A program made the position numbers and the translations under genes. From contig CAWHAZ010000005.1 of NCBI GenBank assembly GCA_963827475.1, forward strand, positions 256,001 to 320,000: 64,000 bases of DNA, in the 5' to 3' direction. This DNA comes from an uncultured Chloroflexia bacterium. Its GTDB lineage: Bacteria; Chloroflexota; Limnocylindria; QHBO01. Numbering within the stretch: position 1 is the stretch's first letter; each line of letters begins with the position of its first letter. A model generated the notes under the pieces. It was not told the DNA's origin and made no database searches. It was given only the letters and a program-made list of their open reading frames with translations. Below, piece after piece: positions 30,791 to 41,727 of this stretch.

Positions 30791-33700
30791 GTGCTCGCCT
30801 CCCGTGACTCCCGCCTGCCCATCCGCCGTCGGCTGCTGACCATCGCCGTCTCCGTCAGCCTCCTGACCGGAAGCCTGGCGACAGGGTGGCCGTCCGCGGG
30901 GCCGGACACCGTCCGGGCGCTCAGCCGCGAACGTCGTCATCAGCCGAGCTGCTATGACGGAGGGCAGCAACACGCGCGCCGCGACCTACACCGGCACGAC
31001 TCGACGATGGAGTTCGTTCAAGCCGCGGCAAGCGACACCACGTAACGCTCACCGGCTGGTACACCGTCGACAGTACGCGAGTCCGACCGGCAACTGACGC
31101 GCGTTCTGGACCAGCGGAACGTCAGCCACCGTCGGCGTCTTTACGCGCTCCGATCCCGATCCAGGCGGCGTACCTCCTGGCGAGACATCGCTCGGCGCGT
31201 GGCAGTCGGCTACCGCCTGCCGATCGCCTGGACTTCACACGCCAACGACGCCAATCCATGACCGCGGCACGGCGGGCAAGGTCGATCGTCGACTCAATCC
31301 GTGGCCACCGGTCGGTGCGACCGACGGCAACAACGCTGCAGACGCCACTCAATCCGGCACCATCGATCGATCTCGCTCCGGCAACGCCAACTTCTTCGAG
31401 GGCGCCAGGACCGGCCCCGACGCTGTCGAATACGACCGTCGGCCTTCCGAACGACGGCGGTTGCACTGACGACTGACGACAACAGCGCGGACTTCACTGC
31501 CGCGACCCCGAGCGCCCGCAACTCGTCGAGCGCGCTCCACTCGTGCACGCCGAGCGTGAGCCTGTCGATCAACGACGTCTCAGCGGCCGAAGGCAACTCG
31601 GGAACCAGCACGTTTGGCTTCACCGTCAGCCTGTCCGCCCCGCCGGTCCGGGCGGCGTGACATTCGACATCGCGACCGCCGACGGCAGCGCGATGATCGC
31701 CGACAACGACTACGTCGCGAACTCGCTGACCGGCCAGACGATTCCCGCGGGCAATTCGACCTACAGTTCTCGCGTCACGGTCAACGGTGATACCGACGCT
31801 CGAGGGCGACGAGGTCTTCTTCGTCAACGTCACAACGTGACCGGCGCGACCATCGTCGACGGCCAGGGCACGGGCACGATCATCGACGAGGAGACATGCG
31901 GCGCTGCCGGCGACGTTCATCCACGATGTCCAGGGCTCCGGCTCGACCACGCCGATCCCGGGCACCGTCGTTACGATCGAGGGAATCGTCGTCGGCGACT
32001 ACCAGGGCACCGGCTCAGTTCGGCGGCTACTTCGTCCAGGAGGAGGATGCGGACGCCGATGCCGACGCCGCTGACCTCCGAGGGCATCTTCGTCTTCAAT
32101 ACGTCGACACCCGTCGGCATCGGTGACGTCGTCCGCGTTACCGGCACAGCCGGGGAATCCTTCGGCCTGACGCAGCTCTCGAGCGTGACCTCGCCGCCGT
32201 CTGCTCGACGGGCAGCTCCGTCTCGACCACGAACGTGACCCTGCCGGTTGCCGCCGTGAGTGACCTGGAGCGGTACGAAGGCATGCACGTCACCTTCACC
32301 CAGGAGCTGACCGTGACCGAGGTCTTCACCCTCGGCGCGGTTCGGCGAGGTCGCACTGTCCGTCGGTGGGCGGCTCGACAACCCGACCAACGAGGTTGCT
32401 CCGGGCGCGCCCGCCCAAGCGCTTCAGAACCTGAACGACCGGAGCAGGATCCTGCTCGACGATGGCATCAACCACCCAGAACATCGATCCGACCCTCTAC
32501 CCGCAGGGCGGCCTCAGCGCGACCAACACGCTTCGGGTCGGCGACACCCTGCCGAGCCTGACCGGCGTCCTCGAATTCCGGTTCGGCGTGTACCGCGTCC
32601 AGCCGGTGAGCTCGATCGAGTTCACGCACAGCAATCCGCGGCCGTTGGCGCCCGACCCTGTCGGCGGTGATGTGCAGGTGGCCGCCTTCAACGTCCTGAA
32701 CTACTTCAACGGCAACGGCACCGGTCTCGACGGCGCGCCGGGTGGCTTCCCGACGGCTCGCGGGGCCAACAACCTCGCGGAGTTCAACCGCCAGCGGGAC
32801 AAGATCATCAGCGCCATCACAGGACTCGACGCAGACGTGGTCGGCCTGATGGAGCTTGAGAACGACGACACCGATGCTGAGTTCGGCGCGATCGAGGATC
32901 TCGTCGCGGGCCTGAACGATGCGACGGCGCCGGGCACATGGGCATTCATCGATACCGGGATCGTCGGCGGGGATGCCATTCGCGTCGGGCTGATCTACCA
33001 GCCCGCCAACGTCGTGCCCGTCGGATCGCACGCGATCATCAATTCCAGCGTCGATCCGCGCTTTGTCGACACCCTGAACCGGCCATCGATCCTGCAGACG
33101 TTCGCCACAGCGTCGGGGACCCGCTTCAGCGTCCTGGTCAACCACCTGAAGTCGAAGAGCGCGGCTCCGCTTCCGACCACGTGTCCCGATCCCAGTTTCG
33201 ACCCCAACTGTGACCAGGGCGACGGCCAGGGCTTCTGGAACGTGGCCCGGACGAATGCGGCCGAGGCCATCGTCGACTGGCTCGCCACCGACCCCACGGG
33301 GAGTGGCGATCCCGACTTCATCGTGATTGGCGACATGAACGCGTACGCGAAGGAGGATCCGATCACGGTCTTCCGCAACGCGGGCTACGTCGACACGATC
33401 GACGAGCACCTCGAGGGCGAGGGCTATTCGTTCGTGTTCAATGGTCAGTCGGGCTACCTCGATCACGCGCTGGCGAGCCCGTCGCTCGCCGCGCAGGTGA
33501 ACGGAGTCACCGAATGGCACATCAACGCCGACGAGCCGATCGCGCTCGACTACAACCTCGAATTCAAGTCGGCGGAGCACAGACGACCAGCTTCTACGAC
33601 CCGCGACGCGTACCGGTCGTCGGACCACGACCCGGTGCTCGTCGGGCTCGAAATGGTGAGCGACGCCCCGACGATCGCCGTCACCGCGGGGATCTCGTGC

Positions 33701-34242
33701 GCTGTCGGCCGGGAATGGCGGCCGCTTCGCCCTCACGGTCGGTGACACCGACAACGCTGCCGGCAGCCTCACCCTCAGCCTGCAGGGCAACACCAACACC
33801 ACGCTCGTTCCGAACAGCAGCATCGTTTTCGGCGGCTCGGGCGCGAACCGGACGGTGTCGATCGCCACGCGGCCAAGAGGACCGGCACGGCCGTGCTGAC
33901 GATCGGCGTCAGCGACGGCACGACCACCACCACGGTCACCATCACCGTCCGGATCGGGACCGGCGCGACACGAGACCCTGATGGGGACCTCGGGTGCCGA
34001 CCTGATCCTCGGCGGCCAGGGCATCGACAGCATCTCCGGGCTCGCGGGAGCCGACGTGCTCTGTGGCGGGCAGGGGAATGACACCGCTCTCCGGCGGCGG
34101 GGGCAACGACGCCCTCGGCGGCGAGAAGGGCGCTGACACCCTGTCCGGCGGCGCCGATGCCGATGCCTTCAGCGGCGGTCAGGGCGCCGATGTCAACACC
34201 GACTTCAACGCCGGCGACGGCGACACGTCCGACGGCACGTGA
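30791..34242 (+). CDS. ExeM/NucH-family extracellular endonuclease (LTD-like, Calx-beta, OB, EEP, RTX-like tail); heavily frameshifted
   Basis: Signal peptide; SINDVSAAEGNSG; LERYEGMHV; AAFNVLNYFNG, VNHLKSK, IGDMNAYAKEDP, YLDHAL, SSDHDPV; GGxGxD repeats at 3' end. Confidence 0.82.
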
Positions 34243-34281
34243 GTCTCCGCGCCGGCGATCGGCCTCGCTGACGGCCCTGGG

Positions 34282-35334
34282 TCAGAACCAGCCCCTGCGG
34301 CGCATGAACCAGGCCAGGCCGATGACGACGACCAGCATGCCGATCAGCACGGCCGGGTAGCCGTACCGGAGCTCCAGCTCGGGCATGAAGAAGAAGTTCA
34401 TGCCGTAGATGCCCGCGATGAGGGTGGGCACCATCAGCAGCACCGTGACCGCGGTCAGCCGCTTGACGATCTGGTTCAGGTTGTTGGTGGTCACCGACTC
34501 GTACGCGTCCAGCGTGGACGCGGTCAGGTCGCGGTAGAGGTCGAGCGAGTCGAGCACCCGGACGAGGTGGTCGTACAGGTCCTGGTAGTAGGGCAGCGCC
34601 TCGTCGTCGAGGATCTCGACCTCGCGGCGGAGAAGCTGGTTGGCGACGTCGCGCATCGGTCCCAGGATCCGCCGGAGCTCGAGCAGCTGGCGCTTCAGGC
34701 TGAGCACCTCGCGGAGCAGGACCGCGTTGCCGCTGCCGGCCAGGATCCGGTCCTCGAGGCTGTCGATCTCCTCCGAGATGCGGTCGAGGAGCGGGAAGTA
34801 GCCGTCCACGGTCGTGTCGAGGACGGCATACAGCAGCCAGCCGGCGGTGTGACCGATGGCCGAGGTCCGGTGCTGGAACCGTTCGCGCACGGCTTCGATC
34901 ACCGGTGACGGGCCCCAGTGGACGCTGACCAGGAAGCCGCGGCCCGCGAACAGGTGGAGCTCCCCGAGGTCGAAGGCACGCAGCGGGTCGTCCGCCGGCA
35001 TCGCCTCGTAGGCGACGACCACGTGGTGGCGCTCGTAGCGTGTCGACCTTTGGCCGTTGACGGCGCTTGCGGAGGTCCTCCACGGCAAGGGCGTGGAGCC
35101 CGAACTCCTGTTTCAGCAGCTCGAGGTCGGCGGCGGTCGGGTCGCCGATGTCGAGCCAGACCAGCGTGTTGCGTCGGCTGACGAGGCGGTCGATCCCCTC
35201 GAACGCGCTTTCGTCGAGCGTCTCGAGCTGGCCGTCGGGCATGAGGGCCAGCGCCAGCCGGGACGACTGATGGCCCGATGGCTTTGGCCTGACGACTGCT
35301 GGCCTGACGGCTGCGGGGTGGACTCGCCGGTCAC
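34282..35334 (-). CDS. corA: CorA Mg/Co transporter (indels near 35270 and 35045)
   Basis: VWLDI, FGLHALAVED, YYQDLYDHL, GIYGMNF..MPEL; start approximate. Confidence 0.9.
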
Positions 35335-36719
35335 GCGCCAGATCGTACCGGGGCGCCACCGCGGCTGATGAGGTCCGCCGCGAGGTCCCGCGCCGCGGTG
35401 GATTCAAACGTCATCCGCAGGTCGGTGCCGTACCAGTGGGCCCACAGCGCGGGGCGGACGCCGCTCAGCGACACGACCTCGCCGCGCTCGACGCGGCCGA
35501 GGAGCCCGGTGTCGTGGGCCGCCAGCGGGATCTGGGTGCCGTCGGCGAGTTCGATGGCGGCGGTGACCCGGCGTTCGCCAAGGTCCTCCGCCGGACGGAG
35601 CATCGCCGCCTCCTCGTCGAGATTTCGCCGCTGGCCGGCGACGGTCAGGGCGTGGCCGCTGACCCGGATCGCGATGTCCTCCGCCGGCCGGAGCGGGGCC
35701 GGTTGGGCGGGGGCCAGCCCGGCAGGCCCGGTGGTCCAGCGTCGGGATCCTTCGACCGCCGGGCGGAAGTATGGATACCCGATCCGCCCGCCAAGCCACA
35801 GGAGCGCGGCAAGCAGGACCATCAGGATCGGCCCGAGCCACAGCCGGTCGCGGATCAGGTTCGGGTCGTGCGCAATCGAGGCCTGGACGAGGATCCGCCC
35901 CCAGCCGGCCAGCGCCTGGACCCCGGGCCTCGCCACGAAGTCCTCCAACGCCTGCCCATTGCGGATCTGGCGATGATCCTCGTCGAACTCGTTGATCGTC
36001 AGGTCCCCGATGTCCAACGGCTCGCTCCAGTGGACCTGCTCCCCGGCCCACTCCCCGGGGGCCACCGACGAGGGGTAGCCCAGCTGGACCAGGATCGCTC
36101 CTCCTCCGTCGCTGCCATGAGCGAGGTGGAGGAAGACGCCGGTCCCCGCCGCCAGCACCCCGCGTTCGCAAATGTCCTCGAGGACGCAGGTCGGGACGGA
36201 CTCGCCGTCGAGCTCGAGCGCCACGCGGACCAGGCTCCCCTCGGGCACGGCCGCCAGCTCGGCCACCGACTGGGCGGCGATGACCTGCTCATCCGGGTCG
36301 GGTGTGACCTCGAGGAGCACCCGCGCCGGGTCCAGGCCGCGAATATCCTCGCCCCGGCCAGCGAACAGCGCGGCAGCCGCTTCGCCGACGGGTCGCGTGA
36401 CCATGCGCCCGACCACCGTCCGCGACAGCAGGCGAGGGGGATCGGCGCCCGTGGTCACGACCGTCATGTCGGTGCCCGCCACCGTGTCTCGCACCAGCAG
36501 GCCGTAGGGCGGGGCCGCGACTCGCCCCGGGGCAGGGAAGGGGACGGTCATCGCCAGTCCCGATATCCCTACGTAGGTGGTCGTGGTCGGGACGAGCCGC
36601 TCGACCATCTCCGTCGAGGTCGCCGGAACCACCTGTCTGACCGCGCCGGCCCACAGCAGCGGGAGGATGGCCAGCACCAGGGCCACCACCGCCACGACCG
36701 GCACCACCGGGAAGGGCAC
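35331..36719 (-). CDS. Hypothetical membrane protein (2 TMs flanking a large soluble domain)
   Basis: Long ORF with host codon bias; true start may be up to 36803. Confidence 0.6.
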   Translation of the reverse strand: MPFPVVPVVAVVALVLAILPLLWAGAVRQVVPATSTEMVERLVPTTTTYVGISGLAMTVPFPAPGRVAAPPYGLLVRDTVAGTDMTVVTTGADPPRLLSRTVVGRMVTRPVGEAAAALFAGRGEDIRGLDPARVLLEVTPDPDEQVIAAQSVAELAAVPEGSLVRVALELDGESVPTCVLEDICERGVLAAGTGVFLHLAHGSDGGGAILVQLGYPSSVAPGEWAGEQVHWSEPLDIGDLTINEFDEDHRQIRNGQALEDFVARPGVQALAGWGRILVQASIAHDPNLIRDRLWLGPILMVLLAALLWLGGRIGYPYFRPAVEGSRRWTTGPAGLAPAQPAPLRPAEDIAIRVSGHALTVAGQRRNLDEEAAMLRPAEDLGERRVTAAIELADGTQIPLAAHDTGLLGRVERGEVVSLSGVRPALWAHWYGTDLRMTFESTAARDLAADLISRGGAPVRSGA

Positions 36720-36803
36720 GGGCCGCCCGACGGCGGCACGGACCCAGCGCTCGAGGCCGACCGGCAGGAAACCGAGGTACGCCCGCAGACGGTCGATGGT
36801 CGG

Positions 36804-37226
36804 CTACTCCGCGAAGGACCAGCGCGCGCCGTCCCACCAGCCGTGGGCCAGGCCGCCGTCCTCGCCTCGGGCGAACAGGTCGATCCGGTTCGGCCCCCAC
36901 GAGCTGGCCGCGACATCGCCCGCGACCCGAATGCCGAGCGACTCCCACTCGGACCATCCGGCCGGCTCGTACCACTGATGCATGAGCGTCCCGTCGGCGG
37001 CGCGGGCGAAGACGTCGATCCGATCCGCACCCCACGAGCACACTGCCGGCGAGCCCACGAACCCCCCGCCGTGGCCGTGCCACTCGTGCCACGCCTCCCC
37101 GTCCCAGTAGATGCTCGACAGGGCGCCGTCCGGCCCGATCGCAAAGACCTGCTGCTCGTTGGGAGCCCAGCTCGTCACCGCCGGGGTCGAAGCCACGGCG
37201 CCTCCCAGGGAATGCCAGCTCGTCAT
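36804..37226 (-). CDS. Trp-rich beta-propeller lectin-like repeat protein (PLL/fucose-lectin-like), 3 blades
   Basis: Three repeats of WxSLGG...PAVxSW...R(I)DVFAR..DG.L.H.WW. Confidence 0.75.
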   Translation of the reverse strand: MTSWHSLGGAVASTPAVTSWAPNEQQVFAIGPDGALSSIYWDGEAWHEWHGHGGGFVGSPAVCSWGADRIDVFARAADGTLMHQWYEPAGWSEWESLGIRVAGDVAASSWGPNRIDLFARGEDGGLAHGWWDGARWSFAE

Positions 37227-37279
37227 GGGCGATGCCTCCTCACGGCCACGGCGGGGTCAGCGGGTGCCATCCTATCCGG

Positions 37280-38657
37280 GTGGAGCGTTGGCACACGATC
37301 ATCGAGCCGTTCCGGATCAAGTCGGTCGAGCCCATCCGCCTGACGACGGTCGACGAGCGGCAAGCCGCGCTCGAGGCCGCGGGCTACAACCTGTTCAACC
37401 TCCACTCCGACGACGTCCTCATCGACTTCCTGACCGATTCGGGGACGGGCGCGATGAGCGCGGAGCAATGGGCCGGCATCCAGCGCGGCGACGAGTCGTA
37501 TGCCGGCAGCCCGTCCTGGTTCCGTTTCCTCGATGCGGTCCAGGCCCTGTTCCCGTTCCGGCACGTGATCCCCACCCACCAGGGCCGGGCGGCGGAGAAG
37601 ATCCTGTTCAGCGTCGTCGCCGGGCCGGGCAAGGTCGTCCCGAACAACACCCACTTCGACACGACCCGGGCCAACGTCGAGTTCACCGGCGCCGAGGCCC
37701 TGGACCTGCCCATCGCGGAGGGCCGCCAGCCGTCGGCCCTCCACCCGTTCAAGGGCAACATGGACGTCGACGCGCTCGAAGCCCTCATCGCCGAGCGCGG
37801 CCGCGACGCCATCCCGGTCGTGTTCATGACCGTGACCAACAACTCGGGCGGCGGCCAGCCGGTCTCGCTGGCCAACCTGCGGGCGGTCCGGGCCGTCTGT
37901 GACCGATACGAGCTGCCGCTGTTCCTCGACGCCTGCCGGTTCGCCGAGAACGCGTGGTTCATCCGGACCCGGGAGGACGGCTACGGCGGAAACGCCCATT
38001 CCGGACATCGTTCGGGAGATGGCGTCGCTGGCCGATGGGATGACGATGTCGGCCAAGAAGGACGGGCTGGCGAACATCGGCGGCTGGCTGGCGATGAACG
38101 ACGACGCGTGGGCGGAGCAGGCCCGCAACCTGCTCATCCTGACCGAGGGCTTCCCGACCTACGGCGGCCTCGCCGGCCGCGACCTCGACTCGATCGCCGC
38201 CGGCCTGGCGGAGGTCACCGACGACGACTACCTGCGCTATCGCATCCGCTCGACCCAGTACCTCGGCGAAGGCGTGACCGCCGCCGGCATCCCCTGCGTC
38301 CAGCCCATCGGCGGGCACGCTGTCTACCTCGACGCCGCCGCCCTGCTCCCGCACATCTCGGCCCTCGAGTATCCGGGCCAGGCGCTGGCCGTCGCGCTGT
38401 ACCGCGAAGGCGGGATCCGTGGCTGCGAGATCGGGACCGTGATGTTCGGCCTGCACCCCGACGGGTCGGAGTCGCCGGCGCCGATGGAGCTGGTCCGGCT
38501 GGCCATCCCGCGCCGGGTCTACACCCAGAGCCACGTCGACTACGTCATCGAGGTCGCGCGGTGGGTCGCGGAGCGCGCCGACGAGCTGCGCGGCTTCCGG
38601 ATCGTCGAGCAGCCGCGGACCCTGCGCCACTTCACCGCCCGCTTCGCGCCGATCTGA
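37280..38657 (+). CDS. tnaA: Tryptophanase (indel near 37987)
   Basis: [33 protein letters not shown] (PLP Lys), [18 protein letters not shown] has the His of tryptophanase rather than the Phe of tyrosine phenol-lyase. Confidence 0.88.
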
Positions 38658-38698
38658 GCCCGCATGCCCACGCTTGAGCCGCTCGCTATCATCGGCCC

Positions 38699-39343
38699 AT
38701 GCGACTCCTGACCGGACGCCGCCTGACCGAGGTGGACGTCGGCTAACTGACCGATGTCGCCGCGGCCCATGCCGCGACGACGGTGGACCTGGGCACCGGT
38801 GACGGCCGATACGTGCTGGCCCATGCCGCTGCCCACCCCGACCGGCTGGTGCTGGGCATCGATGCCCAGCACGCCGCGATGGCGGATGCCTCGCGCCGCG
38901 CTGCGCGTCCGCCGGCACGCGGCGGCCTCCCGAACGCCCGGTTCGTGGTCTCCTCGCTGGAAGCGCTGCCCGGAGAGCTCGACGGGATTGCCGACCTCGT
39001 CACCGTCCACTTCCCGTGGGGCTCGCTGCGCGCCGCCGCGGCCGGGCACGAGCCGACGCTCACCGCGCGGTTGGCACGACTCGTGCGCCCCGGGGGTCGA
39101 CTCGACCTTCTCCTCGCCGATGCGGAGCGTGACGGAGGCCGGCCCGTCGACCCGGAGGCCGTGCTCGCCGCGTACGAACGGCTCGGACTGCGCCCGGTCG
39201 ACACCCGCCCCGCCTCGCTTCCCGACGCCGTCGCGGCCCACTCGTCGTGGGGCAAGCGACTGCTGAGCAACCGCGGCGGAGGCCGTTCGGCATGGGCCGT
39301 CCGGCTCGAACGGCCCTCGGCCGAGGTGGGCGGCCATGGCTAG
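38699..39343 (+). pseudogene. KamB/NpmA-family 16S rRNA m1A1408 methyltransferase homolog with in-frame TAA at codon 16
   Basis: MRLLTGRRL N-terminus, DLGTGDG, GID, GGLPNA, FPWGSL, SSWGKRL; TAA at 38744-38746. Confidence 0.72.
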
Positions 39344-39352
39344 AATCGGCTC

Positions 39353-40375
39353 GTGACCATCGGTCAGCGCGTCTCGAACTGGCGCTACGCGCTCGCCACC
39401 GCCAACCCGCCGCCCGGCGTGCCGCTCGACGGCGTCACCAAGTGGCTGGTCGTGACCCGCGCCGCGGTGTTCAGCATGACCGTCACGTCGGGGCTCATCG
39501 GGGGCCTGCTGGCGGTCGGGGCGGATCCGGCGGCGGTGCACTACGGCTACCTGGCCCTGGCGATCATCGGTCTGGTCGCGGCCCATGCCGCGAACAACAT
39601 GATCAACGACTACTTCGACATGGAGGAGGGGATCGACACCGACGAGTACGTCCGGGCCCTCTACGCGCCGCACCCGGTGCTGTCGGGCTGGTTGACCAAG
39701 GCGCAGCTGCGCAACGCGATCATCTTCGTCAACGCCATCGACCTCGCCATCCTCCTGGTCCTGACCCTGGCCCGCGGCCCGCTGGTCGTGGTCTTCGCCC
39801 TGGCCGGGCTGTTCATCAGCGTCTTCTACGTCGCCCCGCCCATCAGCCTGAAGAAGCGTGGCCTGGGTGAGCCGGGTGTGTTCCTGACCTGGGGCCCGCT
39901 GATGATCGGCGGGACCTACTTCGTGGCGACCGGCACGATCCCCGGCTGGGTCTGGATCGCGTCACTGCCGTACGCGATCCTGGTCACGACGGTCCTGTTC
40001 GGGAAGCACATCGACAAGATCGTCCCCGACGCCGAGCGCGGAATCCGGACCCTGCCGGTCATCCTCGGCGAGCGGAACGCGCGGCTCGTGGCCTCCGCCC
40101 TGATGATCGCGTTCTACCCCATCGTCATCGGTTCGGCGCTGGTGGGCTGGATCGGTCCATGGGTGGCGCTGGTGGTGCTGGCCATCCCGCGCCTGGTGCA
40201 GGTCCTCGGCCAGTTCTCGCAGCCGAAGCCGGAAACACCGCCGAATGCGTACGTCGGCTGGCCGCTGTGGTTCGTGGGTGGGGCCTTCCTCCATACCCGG
40301 CGCGCCGGCGCGACCCTGATCATCGGCCTGCTGCTGAACATCATCTTCCCGGTCAGCCTGCCGTGGCTGAGCTGA
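39353..40375 (+). CDS. menA: UbiA-family prenyltransferase, MenA-like
   Basis: NMINDYFDMEEGID, YVAPPISLKKRGLGE, HIDKIVPDAERGIRTLPVILG. Confidence 0.78.
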   Translation: MTIGQRVSNWRYALATANPPPGVPLDGVTKWLVVTRAAVFSMTVTSGLIGGLLAVGADPAAVHYGYLALAIIGLVAAHAANNMINDYFDMEEGIDTDEYVRALYAPHPVLSGWLTKAQLRNAIIFVNAIDLAILLVLTLARGPLVVVFALAGLFISVFYVAPPISLKKRGLGEPGVFLTWGPLMIGGTYFVATGTIPGWVWIASLPYAILVTTVLFGKHIDKIVPDAERGIRTLPVILGERNARLVASALMIAFYPIVIGSALVGWIGPWVALVVLAIPRLVQVLGQFSQPKPETPPNAYVGWPLWFVGGAFLHTRRAGATLIIGLLLNIIFPVSLPWLS

Positions 40376-40848
40376 CCGCGGCCGGGGTGGAGCCCGGAGC
40401 CGGCGACGGCGTGGTGGAGGGCATTCACCTCCACGGCGACCGGGGGGAGCCGATGCAGGTCGTCGACGGGGCGGAGGTCGTGGCCGGGCAGGGCCTCGTC
40501 GGAGACCGGATGGCCGGACTCGGCATCCCGGGCACCCACATCACGTTCATCGGTGCCGAGGGGGTCGAGGCCATGGTCGCGGAGACCGGCATTCCGCTCG
40601 AGCCGCACCAGACCCGCCGCAACGTCCTCGTGCGCGGAGTGGACGTGCCCGGACTCGTCGGCCGGCGCTTCCAGGTCGGCGACGCGGTCTGCTACGGGGT
40701 CAAGGAGTGCAATCCCTGCAACCATCTCGAGTCGCTTACCCATCCCGGCGTCCGTGAGGGGCTCTCGGGCCGCGGCGGCCTCCGGGCCGACGTCCTGACC
40801 GGCGGGCACATCCGTGTCGGCGACCGCATCACCGTCCTCCCCGACTGA
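40363..40848 (+). CDS. MOSC domain protein
   Basis: GLVGDR, TRRNVLVRG, CNPC, GRGGLRADVLTGGHIRVGD; start approximate. Confidence 0.85.
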   Translation: MAELTAAGVEPGAGDGVVEGIHLHGDRGEPMQVVDGAEVVAGQGLVGDRMAGLGIPGTHITFIGAEGVEAMVAETGIPLEPHQTRRNVLVRGVDVPGLVGRRFQVGDAVCYGVKECNPCNHLESLTHPGVREGLSGRGGLRADVLTGGHIRVGDRITVLPD

Positions 40849-41722
40849 CCGATCGCGCCCGAGGGCGGCGGGCTCGGCCCACCGCAGCCGGACGTCGGGC
40901 CTGTTCGAGCCGGGATCCATCTCGTGGCGGGTCGACCGCGAGGCCGTCGTGCTGGCCGGCGGCACCTGCGCGCTGCTGATGCAGGTCGCGCACCCGGCGG
41001 TCGCAGCCGGGGTGGATGCCCACTCCGACTTCCGAGCCGATCCGTTCGCGCGCCTGCGCCGGACGCTGGGCGCCAGCTGGGCGATCGCGTTCGGCGACCG
41101 CGCCGCCGCGGAGCGGGCGATCCGGCGCATCAACGCCGTGCACGAGCTGGTCCAGGGCGTGGTGTCGGAGACCGGCGCCTCGTACCGCGCGCTCGACCCG
41201 GAGCTCCTGTTGTGGGTCCACGCCACCCTGGTCGACACCGCCCTGCGCATGCATCACCGCTTCGTCGCCCCGCTCTCCTCGAAGGAGATGGACGACTACC
41301 ACCTCGAGGCGGCGGAGGTCGCGGTCCGGCTCGGGGTGCCGGAGGCCATGCTGCCGCCGACCTTCGCCGGCCTCCGCGCCTGGATGGATGACCTCGTCGC
41401 GAGCGGGGAGGTGCGGGTGGGGCCCACGGCCCGCAGCCTGCTGCCGTCGATCCTCTATCCCAGTCGCTTCCCGCCTCGATTCGTGTGGGATGCGGCCCAC
41501 CTGGCCTCGGTGTCCCTCCTCGACCCGCGGATCCGGCAGCAGTACGGGCTGCCGTGGAACCGGCGCCGCGCGCGAGGCGTGGAGCGCCTCGCAGCCGTCA
41601 GCCGGCGGATCGTCCCGCTGCTGCCGCCCGGTGTGCGCCACGTCCCGGCGTCACGGAGGGCCCCGACTATCATGGCCGCGAACCGGCGCCACCAGCCCAT
41701 CGAGCGCCGGCTCCAGCCCTGA
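40814..41722 (+). CDS. DUF2236 / MpaB-Lcp-like oxygenase family protein
   Basis: FEPGSISWRV, LLMQVAHP, RLRRT, INAVH, YRALDPELLLWVHATL. Confidence 0.85.
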   Translation: MSATASPSSPTDRSRPRAAGSAHRSRTSGLFEPGSISWRVDREAVVLAGGTCALLMQVAHPAVAAGVDAHSDFRADPFARLRRTLGASWAIAFGDRAAAERAIRRINAVHELVQGVVSETGASYRALDPELLLWVHATLVDTALRMHHRFVAPLSSKEMDDYHLEAAEVAVRLGVPEAMLPPTFAGLRAWMDDLVASGEVRVGPTARSLLPSILYPSRFPPRFVWDAAHLASVSLLDPRIRQQYGLPWNRRRARGVERLAAVSRRIVPLLPPGVRHVPASRRAPTIMAANRRHQPIERRLQP

Positions 41723-41727
41723 GGGCC

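Noticed and set aside
37227..37279. TnaC-type leader peptide upstream of tnaA
   Set aside because: Only about 50 bp to the divergent gene; no Trp-containing leader ORF
36804..38746. Stop-codon reassignment suggested by in-frame TAG and TAA
   Set aside because: TAG ends many genes here and TAA ends ispG; no recoding machinery in window
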